A stretch of DNA of 64,000 nucleotides from the NCBI GenBank assembly GCA_015232315.1, contig JADFZZ010000027.1, positions 482 through 64,481 on the forward strand, read 5' to 3'. The first letter of the stretch is position 1. Each line of letters begins with the position of its first letter. Both the position numbers and the translations under genes were made by a program. Source of the DNA: SAR324 cluster bacterium. GTDB taxonomy: Bacteria > SAR324 > NAC60-12. A model generated the notes under the pieces. That model was given only the letters and a program-made list of their open reading frames with translations. It did no database searches and had not been told where the DNA came from. Below are positions 46,312 to 54,644 of this stretch, piece after piece.

Positions 46312-46312
46312 G

Positions 46313-47227
46313 TTAGTCTGACATTTTCCAGGCACGATAAGTCTGGATCTGCCAGATACGTTGTTTGTACAATTGGACAAACCCTTCCGCATACATTTGG
46401 TCGCCTATAGCCAGATGCGCAGAACCCTGCATTTCCCGCTGATGCTCAAACCAGACAACTGAGATTTCATTGTCTCCGGAAGACTCAAACACATACAATT
46501 GGACACCTTTATTGAAATTTCTGATTTTTTTAATCTGGCCTTCCATGCGGACAAACCTCCCTTCAAAACGCTTTGGCGCGAACTCACCGGCTTGGAGCAA
46601 TTCTGGAATAAACAAGGGGTTCTGAGTGGAAAAAATCGTTTTTCCTTCACTCTGAAGTCGTTTCAAATATCTTTGCCGGGAAGCCGAAGTACTCCAGATT
46701 CCCCGATGACGATTGAACGCAAGCGCTTCCGCCCGGGCATAATCATTAAAGTTATGAGGAAAACCAAAACGCGTGTCGAAATAACTGTGACCTTCACGGA
46801 TCAACAACAGATTTCCGTTCTGTTGTCTGACTTCCAGAATCGCCAGTAACCGCTGATGTTTGTCGTATTTGTTTTGAGGATTGATCCAGAGGGCAAGAGG
46901 TTTCTTGTTCAACAGGGAATCAAGAAATACTTTGGCGGGAAGACCAAATTTCAGGTCCTGACCTTTGTGCGATTCTGAAAGTTCAGGTGTATCTACAAAC
47001 AGTAACCGGATACTTTCATGTTTGGGCGCATATTGACCATTGGCATTCAGATCCGCTTTGAAGGTATCGCCATCGACCACAGTTTTCATGGTATCCGGAA
47101 TGGGGAAACGGATCCAATGGTCAGGAATTCCTTCCAGAGCATAGACTGAAACCACAAATGACAACAGAAGTATCACCAGCAGAATTCGTTGGGCACAATT
47201 CACACTGTCACCGTTTTTTCCGGTCAA
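46313..47227 (-). CDS. Secreted staphylococcal-nuclease (SNase/thermonuclease)-like protein
   Basis: Signal peptide, then 'VVDGDTFK…RLLFVDTPE' SNase catalytic motifs. Start uncertain (TTG at 47227 overlapping the recN end, or GTG at 47203). Confidence 0.7.
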   Translation of the reverse strand: MTGKNGDSVNCAQRILLVILLLSFVVSVYALEGIPDHWIRFPIPDTMKTVVDGDTFKADLNANGQYAPKHESIRLLFVDTPELSESHKGQDLKFGLPAKVFLDSLLNKKPLALWINPQNKYDKHQRLLAILEVRQQNGNLLLIREGHSYFDTRFGFPHNFNDYARAEALAFNRHRGIWSTSASRQRYLKRLQSEGKTIFSTQNPLFIPELLQAGEFAPKRFEGRFVRMEGQIKKIRNFNKGVQLYVFESSGDNEISVVWFEHQREMQGSAHLAIGDQMYAEGFVQLYKQRIWQIQTYRAWKMSD

Positions 47228-48905
47228 TACTTTTCAGCATCTCCCTGGAAAGCTGCATGGTTTTAGCAGTGATATCCACACCACCAATCAACCGTGCCAG
47301 TTCTTCAATTTTTTCATTGGCTGAAAGTTCACGAATCGAGGTGAATGTTTTACCATCAATCACATCCTTATTGACAACCAGATGATGGTCTGACCATGCG
47401 GCGACCTGTGGCAGATGAGTGATGCACAGTGCCTGTCTGTCTTTTCCGAGAGACCGGAGTTTTTGTCCGACTATTTCCGCGATGCGACCACTGATTCCTG
47501 TATCTACTTCATCAAAAATCATGGTTTCTACGGTATCTACAGCCGTCAGGACTGTTTTCAGGGCCAGCATGATTCTGGAGAGTTCGCCCCCGGACGCAAC
47601 CTTGACCAGACTTTTCAATTCCTGGCCGGGGTTGACGGATAGCAGAAATTCAACATTATCCACCCCTTTGGATGAATATCTGCAAGTGCCTTCTGCGACA
47701 TGGATGTTCATGTTGATGTTCGTTTGAAACAGTGCTTTTTCCATCCCCAGTTGATGAATTTCCTGAATAATCTGTTCATCCAGAAGCTTTGCCGCGGCTT
47801 TTCGTTTTGCGGACAGTTCCATGGATTTCTGATGGAGTTGTTTTTGTGTCTGTTCCAGTTTCTGTGTCAATTTCTGAAGGTCAAAATCCAGATTCTGAAG
47901 TTCCTCCAGTTCGGCCTGCGATGTTTGCTTGAGCAGCAACAATTCTTCGATGGATTCTACTTTATACTTTCTTTTCAATCGCTGGAGATCATTCAGACGT
48001 TCATTGATCCAGTCCAGTCGTTTAGGGTCGGCTTCCATGCGGGATGAATAGTGCGTAGCGTAAAGATAGATTTCCTTGAGCAGTGACTGGGTGTTTTCAA
48101 TAGATTCCTGAATTTCCAGGCAACCTGAATCCAGCGTTGCGGCTTCCTGAAACAATTTGGAGATAGATCCTATGGTGTCAATCATGGCACCCTCCGACTC
48201 ATAAAGCTGTCCCTGGACTTGTGCGAATATTTCTGTAAGCCGTTCAACATGAGATAATCTTCCGGCTTCCTGGTTCAATTCCTCTTCTTCCTCGACTCTC
48301 AGATTGGCGCTGGTCAATTCTTCCTGCAGAAAACCCAATTCTTCGATACGGGCGTTACGGGACGAAAGTTGCTGATTCAGACGATTTTTTTCCTCCAGGA
48401 TCTGTTCATATCGGTCAAACAGTGTGCGTACTTCTTCCCGGTCCTGAAGCAATTGCCCGGCACCATCCAGAAAATCAATGTGAGAAGAGGCCTGCAACAA
48501 GGATTGATTGTCATGTTGACCATGAATGTTAACCAGCAAACGACCGATCATGGCCAGTCGTGCCTGAGTCAGATTCACATCATTGACCAGAATTTTCTGA
48601 CGTCCATCTCTGGGAAGTATCCGTCGAATGATCACTTCCTCATCTGCTGGAATGCCTGATTCTTCCAACAGACTTTTAATGGCTTCGGAGTGCCCTGTGT
48701 TAAACACGGCTTCAAGAGAAGCCTGATCGGCACCAGTTCTGATCAGTGAATTATCAGCGCGCTGACCGAGAATCAACTGAAGCGCGTCAATCATGATGGA
48801 TTTTCCGGCACCTGTTTCGCCGGTCAGAATGGAAAATCCCTGCTTAAAATCGAGTTCGACTTTTTCAATAGTGGCCAGATTGGAAATTTTTAAATGCGAT
48901 AACAT
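47208..48905 (-). CDS. recN: DNA repair protein RecN
   Basis: N-terminal Walker A 'GETGAGKS', long coiled coil, and C-terminal SMC-like signature and Walker B. Confidence 0.9.
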   Translation of the reverse strand: MLSHLKISNLATIEKVELDFKQGFSILTGETGAGKSIMIDALQLILGQRADNSLIRTGADQASLEAVFNTGHSEAIKSLLEESGIPADEEVIIRRILPRDGRQKILVNDVNLTQARLAMIGRLLVNIHGQHDNQSLLQASSHIDFLDGAGQLLQDREEVRTLFDRYEQILEEKNRLNQQLSSRNARIEELGFLQEELTSANLRVEEEEELNQEAGRLSHVERLTEIFAQVQGQLYESEGAMIDTIGSISKLFQEAATLDSGCLEIQESIENTQSLLKEIYLYATHYSSRMEADPKRLDWINERLNDLQRLKRKYKVESIEELLLLKQTSQAELEELQNLDFDLQKLTQKLEQTQKQLHQKSMELSAKRKAAAKLLDEQIIQEIHQLGMEKALFQTNINMNIHVAEGTCRYSSKGVDNVEFLLSVNPGQELKSLVKVASGGELSRIMLALKTVLTAVDTVETMIFDEVDTGISGRIAEIVGQKLRSLGKDRQALCITHLPQVAAWSDHHLVVNKDVIDGKTFTSIRELSANEKIEELARLIGGVDITAKTMQLSREMLKSIDRKKR

Positions 48906-49230
48906 AATGAATTCAGTTGAATGAGGAGTGAGATATCCGTGGGTAAAACTATTTCAAATGAAACGCATGAACAACATACATAACCGCATCGAACCTTCAA
49001 TGAAATTGTTAGAAAGTGTTTTAAAAGTTTCCAAACGAATTAATTTACTAAATTATGGAGAAAACGATGGGTAAACCATAGCAACGCTTGCCTCAGGAAA
49101 ACTTATGGGTGAGTACGTCTAACCGGTTGGACCGGGGTAACATCCACAGATAATTGTCTTGGAAATCCCCTGTGTCTGTGAGAGGTTTCACCAATTTTTT
49201 CATAGGCTTGATTTCTAAAATCAACGAAAA

Positions 49231-50139
49231 ATGAAACATCCGGGATGCTTCTGCATGAATACCATCAATTCGACGCTTGGCAATTATTATAAACTGCTCC
49301 GTCCTCATCAATATGTTAAAAATACTTTTGTTCTGCTTCCCATCTTTTTCGCTCAACATTTAACAGATATTCCCGCGCTTATTCAAACATTCGGGGCCTT
49401 TGTCTGCTTTTGCCTGGTCGCCAGTTCCATTTATATCATCAACGATTATCGGGACATGAAAGAGGACCGGCAGCATCCCACCAAGAAAATGCGACCATTG
49501 GCCGCGGGATTGATTCCATCTCATCAAGCCTTGTTGCTATCATTTTTTCTAATGTCCACTGGCTTCTATGGTGCCTGGATGATAAGACCCGAAGTGATGG
49601 GCGTGCTTTCAGGATATTGGCTTCTGAATCTCGTCTATAGCCTTGGCCTTAAGCGTATCGCACTGCTGGATATCATGATCATTGCCACAGGTTTTGTGCT
49701 GAGGGTTTTTGCTGGAGGATTCGCGGCTCAGGTCAAAATCAGCATGTGGATCATTCTGCTGACGTTTCTTCTGGCCCTGTTCCTGGCTGTAGCCAAACGC
49801 CGTGAGGATGTGTTACTGCTTGCGTCAGGAATACAAAAAACACGGAAATCCATTGACGGATACAATCTGGAATTCATCAATGCCACCATGGTATTGATGA
49901 GCGCTGTGATTGTGGTGGCCTATATTTTTTATACAATTTCACTGGAAATCCGTCAGAATTTTCATAGCGATTATCTCTATCTGACCGTAGTGTTTGTGTT
50001 GTTGGGGATTTTGCGATACATGCAGATCACCTTTGTAGAAAATAAAAGTGGTGATCCCACAAGAATTTTGCTGAATGACAGGTTTCTTCAGGGAACTCTC
50101 ATAGCTTGGCTGGGCAGTTTCATGTTTCTGATTTATTAA
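49231..50139 (+). CDS. UbiA-family decaprenyl-phosphate 5-phosphoribosyltransferase (DPPR synthase, Rv3806c-like)
   Basis: 'YVKNTFVLLPIFF…IINDYRDMKEDRQHPTKKMRPLAAG' aligns closely with mycobacterial UbiA (…WVKNVLVLAAPLA…LVNDVRDVEADREHPTKRFRPIAAG). Confidence 0.8.
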   Translation: MKHPGCFCMNTINSTLGNYYKLLRPHQYVKNTFVLLPIFFAQHLTDIPALIQTFGAFVCFCLVASSIYIINDYRDMKEDRQHPTKKMRPLAAGLIPSHQALLLSFFLMSTGFYGAWMIRPEVMGVLSGYWLLNLVYSLGLKRIALLDIMIIATGFVLRVFAGGFAAQVKISMWIILLTFLLALFLAVAKRREDVLLLASGIQKTRKSIDGYNLEFINATMVLMSAVIVVAYIFYTISLEIRQNFHSDYLYLTVVFVLLGILRYMQITFVENKSGDPTRILLNDRFLQGTLIAWLGSFMFLIY

Positions 50140-50282
50140 CCCACGTTAGTTCGTAGTTCCGCCTTCAGGTAGTCTTTCAGCGTTCTTTAGCGCCTGAAGA
50201 CAGAACATTGTTGAGAACGGAACTGATGTCACTCACGGGTATTGGGCGATAGCCTGGTATGATGTTTATGGAATAAAATCAG

Positions 50283-50409
50283 GGCTGTTCACTTCTCTGG
50301 GAGGACGGAACTACGTGCCCGTCAAAAATACGATTTTGGGCGTTTGCGGGGCATGTAATCCCCGCCTACCATCCGGTTGACGCTCAAAATAAGGAGAAAT
50401 GAACAACCC
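50283..50409 (+). ncRNA. Second copy (~94% identity) of the structured leader element seen upstream of modA
   Basis: Same helices with a few non-compensated substitutions; AAGGAG plus a 9-codon uORF whose TGA lies 1 nt before the ATG of the next gene. Confidence 0.45.
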
Positions 50410-50429
50410 TGGGAATAAAGTGATATGAT

Positions 50430-50768
50430 ATGAAAGTACCAAATGCTGATCATGCGATAGCGGATATCAGGAAACTTCAGGAATACAGTCTCAACACACA
50501 ACACAAGACAGGCAGGAATAAAGCATGGGTATTTGCATCCGCATTAGGAATAACGATAGATGATGCCGAAGCATTACGCGAAATCCTGCTCAGAATCGTC
50601 CGGGAATATGATGCGGAGGCTGGATTGAAAGATAGTTATGGAGAACGGTATCAAGTAGATTTTCCCTTAGAATGGCGAGGAAGGCGAGCAATGGTTCGCA
50701 GTGCGTGGATCATTGAACCTGAAGTGTCATATCCAAGATTAACCAGTTGTTATGTGCTGGAAAAATAA
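50430..50768 (+). CDS. Small hypothetical protein (112 aa)
   Basis: ATG start immediately after the uORF stop. By recollection it resembles the DUF6883-type partners of DUF4926 proteins; the family identity is not verified. Confidence 0.5.
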   Translation: MKVPNADHAIADIRKLQEYSLNTQHKTGRNKAWVFASALGITIDDAEALREILLRIVREYDAEAGLKDSYGERYQVDFPLEWRGRRAMVRSAWIIEPEVSYPRLTSCYVLEK

Positions 50769-50777
50769 TGAGGTCTG

Positions 50778-51017
50778 ATGATGAATGAAACTGTAAAATT
50801 ATTTGATGTGGTTGCATTGACAGTTGATTTGCCCGAACACAATTTGAAGCGGGGATATGTAGGAACCGTAGTAGAGAATCTTGCTAATGGTTCTGCTTTT
50901 GAGGTGGAATTTAGTGATAGTCAGGGGCGTTCATACGTTTCGCTTGGTTTAACGGGGGAACAACTCCTGGTATTGCACTATGATCCTTTTCTGGAAAACC
51001 AGGCAATCCCGGCATAA
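50778..51017 (+). CDS. Small hypothetical protein (79 aa), DUF4926-like
   Basis: 'LFDVVALTVDLPEHNLKRGYVGTVVE' pattern recalled for DUF4926; 10-nt spacing from the upstream gene. Confidence 0.5.
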   Translation: MMNETVKLFDVVALTVDLPEHNLKRGYVGTVVENLANGSAFEVEFSDSQGRSYVSLGLTGEQLLVLHYDPFLENQAIPA

Positions 51018-51151
51018 AACAACGCTGAACCAGTAATCAGCCCAAACTGGTACCACCCCGGACGGCCAATCTGTGTTTCTTTCAAAAGTTTATAGTAAGT
51101 TCATGCACCGCCCCACAGTATGCAGGGAGAGGCCTCTGTGAACCCTAATGC

Positions 51152-51319
51152 CAATTTTTTGTTGCTGTAAATTTTCTGGTGACGGTAACCGATTCAAGCC
51201 ATCGCGCGGTGTCATTCCGTGCTTGACACGGAATCCATCGGCGCACTCCTGGATCCCCGTTTTCACGGGGATGACATCGTGGCGGATCACAGGATTTCAT
51301 CACCAAATTATTTACAGCA
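51152..51319 (-). repeat. ~160-bp hairpin-rich repeat, copy B (inverted relative to 7294-7452)
   Basis: Its reverse complement aligns at ~90% identity with copy A across ~160 bp. Intergenic, between the DUF4926-like gene and dprE1. Confidence 0.6.
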
Positions 51320-51527
51320 GGAATTTTTTGACGAGGAAACCATGATGGCTCCCAAATTTTTCGTGACAGGGCTACAGTTGTCTGCGGAGTTGGCACTTTC
51401 ACCACTTCACGCGTCGGAAAGCCTGATTGACCGTGTAGCGTTTTGTTGAAATAAAATCATTGTTGAGAACGGAACCTGTAGAGACACGATTAATCGCGTT
51501 TCTACGATAAACGAAAAAGGTGGATTG

Positions 51528-52862
51528 ATGAAAATCGCGAATTGGGGAAATTATCCGGTAGTGAATGCCGTGAGTCGAGGTTTTGAAACCTCTGCGGCTC
51601 TCAAACAGATTCTTTCGGAATGGAGTCAGACCATTCCTCGTGGGATGGGACGCAGTTATGGCGATGCCTCGCTGGGGGAGCATGTTGTTTCCACGCTGAA
51701 ACACAATCATATCCTTGAGTTTGACTCAAAACAGGGGATTGTGACTTGTGAAGCTGGTGTGACCCTGGCTGAACTTCTGGAAATTTTTGTGCCTCGAGGA
51801 TTTTTTCCCGGAGTGACCCCGGGAACCCGTTTCATTACTATCGGTGGCGGAATCGCCGCGGATGTGCATGGAAAAAATCATCATAAGGAAGGTTCCTTTT
51901 CCTCGTTCGTGGAATCCTTCGACCTCATGACAGGGGATGGTCGCAGTCTGACATGCTCCCGAAAAAAGAATTCCGAACTCTTCTGGGCAACCTTCGGCGC
52001 AATGGGACTCACGGGCATCGTGATGACAGTGACGATGAGGCTGAAGCCGATCCAAACCGCATACATTCGTCAGGAAACCCATAAAGCCGGGAATCTGGAT
52101 GAAATCATGGCTCTGTTTGAAGACTCAGAAGACTGGACTTATACCGTTGCCTGGATTGATTGTCTGGCTCAGGGGAATGCTCTCGGGCGCAGCGTTCTCA
52201 TGCGGGGAGAATCTGCGACCCTTGAGGATATGGCTCGTTGTGGTCTGTCAAGTCAAACCCCTCTGCTTATAAAATCAGGAATCAAGCTGGATGTTCCTGT
52301 GAATTTTCCGGGATGGGTGCTGAATTCCCACACGGTGAAAGCGTTTAACGAATTGTATTACTGGAAATATCCGGACCAGGCGCATGAATCCGTGATTCCG
52401 TATGATCCGTTTTTTTATCCGCTGGACAGTATTTATCACTGGAATCGAATTTATGGAAAAAACGGATTTCTGCAATATCAGTTTGTGATTCCCAAAGAAG
52501 TGAGCCGTGAAGGGTTGACACGCATTCTGAAGGAGATTTCAGTGCAAGGACAGGCATCTTTTCTGGCCGTCTTGAAATTATTTGGCAAACAAAATCCTGC
52601 ACCGCTTTCATTTCCAATGGAAGGTTACACGCTGGCACTGGATTTTGCGGTCAAACCGGGCATTTTTGAATTTTTGGATCGACTGGACCAGATCGTTCTG
52701 GACTATGGTGGACGCCTGTATCTGGCAAAGGACGCACGGATGAAACCTGATTTTTTTCACCAGACTTATGCGGATAACGAACAGGCCAAACAAATGATTC
52801 AAAAATATGGAAAACAAAAATTCGCGTCCATGCTTTCCCAACGATTAGGAGTGACTTCATGA
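51528..52862 (+). CDS. dprE1: Decaprenylphosphoryl-β-D-ribose 2'-oxidase (DprE1) ortholog, FAD-dependent
   Basis: Near-collinear match to M. tuberculosis DprE1 motifs: GMGRSYGD, ADVHGKNHHKEGSF, LFWATFGAMGLTGI, FLQYQFVIP, LKLFGKQNPAPLSFPMEGYTLALDF, GGRLYLAKDARM. ATG with an AAGGTGGA Shine-Dalgarno. Confidence 0.85.
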   Translation: MKIANWGNYPVVNAVSRGFETSAALKQILSEWSQTIPRGMGRSYGDASLGEHVVSTLKHNHILEFDSKQGIVTCEAGVTLAELLEIFVPRGFFPGVTPGTRFITIGGGIAADVHGKNHHKEGSFSSFVESFDLMTGDGRSLTCSRKKNSELFWATFGAMGLTGIVMTVTMRLKPIQTAYIRQETHKAGNLDEIMALFEDSEDWTYTVAWIDCLAQGNALGRSVLMRGESATLEDMARCGLSSQTPLLIKSGIKLDVPVNFPGWVLNSHTVKAFNELYYWKYPDQAHESVIPYDPFFYPLDSIYHWNRIYGKNGFLQYQFVIPKEVSREGLTRILKEISVQGQASFLAVLKLFGKQNPAPLSFPMEGYTLALDFAVKPGIFEFLDRLDQIVLDYGGRLYLAKDARMKPDFFHQTYADNEQAKQMIQKYGKQKFASMLSQRLGVTS

Positions 52863-53593
52863 AACAGGTATTGATATTAGGCGCGACCTCTGACATTGCC
52901 AAGGCACTGGCCCATGAATATGGCCGTGAAGGTTATGGTTTGATGCTGGCGGCCCGTGAGGCGAAAAAAAGACTGTCGATCACTTGCCATGATCTGGAAA
53001 TTCGTTATGGTGTCACAGCTAAAGCCATTGAGTTTGACGCGGTTGATTTTGCGAATCATGAGGCGTTTTACCGGAATTTAACGGAGGTGCCGGCCATTGT
53101 GGTGTGCGTGTTTGGTTATCTGGGCGATCAAAGTCTTGCTATTCGAGATTTTGAAGAGTCCCGAAAAATTCTGGAAACCAATTATCTGGGGGCTGTTTCC
53201 ATACTAAACGTGATTGCCAATGATTTTGAATCCAGAAAAGACGGCAGTATCATTGGCATCAGTTCTGTGGCAGGAGATCGGGGTCGGCAATCCAATTATC
53301 TTTATGGAAGCGCCAAAGCCGGATTCAGTGCCTATCTGTCCGGTTTAAGAAACAGGTTGTATGGCTCTCAGGTGCATGTGATGACCGTCAAACCGGGTTT
53401 TATTTTCACCAAAATGACAGAAAACATGAACCTTCCTCCGGCACTTACAGCACAACCGGATCAAGTGGCCAAAGACATTGTACGAGCCGGACGATCTCAG
53501 CGGGATGTGTTGTACACCCGCTGGTTCTGGCGTTACATCATGCTGATCATCTGCCTGATTCCGGAATCCATCTTTAAACGGCTCAAACTGTAA
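52859..53593 (+). CDS. dprE2: Decaprenylphospho-2'-keto-ribose reductase (DprE2) ortholog, short-chain dehydrogenase/reductase
   Basis: 'VLILGATSDIAKA…YGSAKAG…IPESIFKRL' parallels Rv3791 (…LLLGGTSEIGLA…YGSTKAG…IPRSIFRKL). ATGA-coupled to dprE1. Confidence 0.85.
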   Translation: MKQVLILGATSDIAKALAHEYGREGYGLMLAAREAKKRLSITCHDLEIRYGVTAKAIEFDAVDFANHEAFYRNLTEVPAIVVCVFGYLGDQSLAIRDFEESRKILETNYLGAVSILNVIANDFESRKDGSIIGISSVAGDRGRQSNYLYGSAKAGFSAYLSGLRNRLYGSQVHVMTVKPGFIFTKMTENMNLPPALTAQPDQVAKDIVRAGRSQRDVLYTRWFWRYIMLIICLIPESIFKRLKL

Positions 53594-53636
53594 AATCAGG
53601 TCCAACCTTCTTCCATCACATCAGTCAGGACTCACT

Positions 53637-54644
53637 TTGATTAAATGGGATTTAACGCATCTCACGCATCTCAACGATTCAGAAAAAACTCGATTGCAGC
53701 AAGAGTTTGAAGCTTTGTTGCGCCAGGCCAGAGATTTGTTTGATACAGGCCAGATTCTTCTCGAAAATAGTCATTTTCATAGATCCCTTCCGTTTATTCA
53801 ACAGTCGATCGAATGTACTCTTCGAGGTTGCGGCATTCTTCTGGGACAGTCTTCCCCTGACTTTGACCAACAGACGATGGGATCAAGAGTTATCTCTTCA
53901 GGGGTGATGACCGTCAAAGGGTGGAATGCGGTGCAATCGTTAGGAAAACTCACAGATACCGATAGCAACCGCATCTCATTTTTGAAGTGGGTTGATCAAT
54001 ATGCGAGAGTGATTGCCGAGTGGGAAAATCAGGTTGAACAGTGGCACAAAACTTCTAAAGCCACAGAAGTTCAGCGTCATTCAACGACGGTGCGATTCAA
54101 ACGGAAATTATTAGTTTTGACAGGGATGGTTCCAGCAATTCTTTTGTTTTCCTGTGTTGTGATCTGGCTTTGCTGGTATTACGCGCCATCCAGATCTTAC
54201 ATGGAAACAACACGTATTGTCTGGGGGAACACCCATGTTTATAGTCCTTCGCAATCTATTGAAATTGTCGCAAATGGAAAGATTCAGGAAATTTATTTTA
54301 AAAGAATGAAGAACGACTCCATACAACAGTTTCAGCTTTACCCGGCCTCCCGAAAAGTGAGCTATATTTTGATTTCAGCTATTTCAACAACTTCAGAAAA
54401 CGCAGATCAAACACAAAGCAATTCGTTAACCCTAAATCCTGAACAGTGGGTCTGTCAACATTGTAAAATTTCGCACCATCAAGAGGGCCTGATGGTGACT
54501 CCGGAAGATAACGAGTTTTCAATGCTGAGTCCGGTGCTTGAACAGGCCGCTTTAAACGGTATCAGCGTCAAAATGTTGATTGTGGATCGTCTTCCTTTTG
54601 TGGATTGGTTGCAAAAAGGAAATTACCAGGAAAGCTTGCTATGA
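53637..54644 (+). CDS. Hypothetical single-pass membrane protein with an N-terminal HEPN-like helical domain and extracytoplasmic C-terminal domain
   Basis: 'ARDLFDTGQILLENSHFHRSLPFIQQSIECTLRG' resembles HEPN-fold helices (weak). One TM segment (MVPAILLFSCVVIWLCWYY). TTG start; ATGA overlap with the next gene. Confidence 0.4.
   Translation: MIKWDLTHLTHLNDSEKTRLQQEFEALLRQARDLFDTGQILLENSHFHRSLPFIQQSIECTLRGCGILLGQSSPDFDQQTMGSRVISSGVMTVKGWNAVQSLGKLTDTDSNRISFLKWVDQYARVIAEWENQVEQWHKTSKATEVQRHSTTVRFKRKLLVLTGMVPAILLFSCVVIWLCWYYAPSRSYMETTRIVWGNTHVYSPSQSIEIVANGKIQEIYFKRMKNDSIQQFQLYPASRKVSYILISAISTTSENADQTQSNSLTLNPEQWVCQHCKISHHQEGLMVTPEDNEFSMLSPVLEQAALNGISVKMLIVDRLPFVDWLQKGNYQESLL

Noticed and set aside
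46111-46392. 93-aa ORF with internally repeated 'SQGNETSDDFL'
   Set aside because: It is merely the translation of the two 33-bp direct repeats and has no start context.
49040-49230. Possible tRNA or sRNA in the recN-ubiA intergenic region
   Set aside because: No cloverleaf-compatible acceptor/T-arm pairing and no GTTC-type T-loop found by eye.
29505-50409. Integron attC-type recombination sites for the duplicated leader element
   Set aside because: No intI integrase is present; the element ends do not fit the RYYYAAC/GTTRRRY core sites; and the element lies 5' rather than 3' of the associated genes, in a leader position with a Shine-Dalgarno and uORF.
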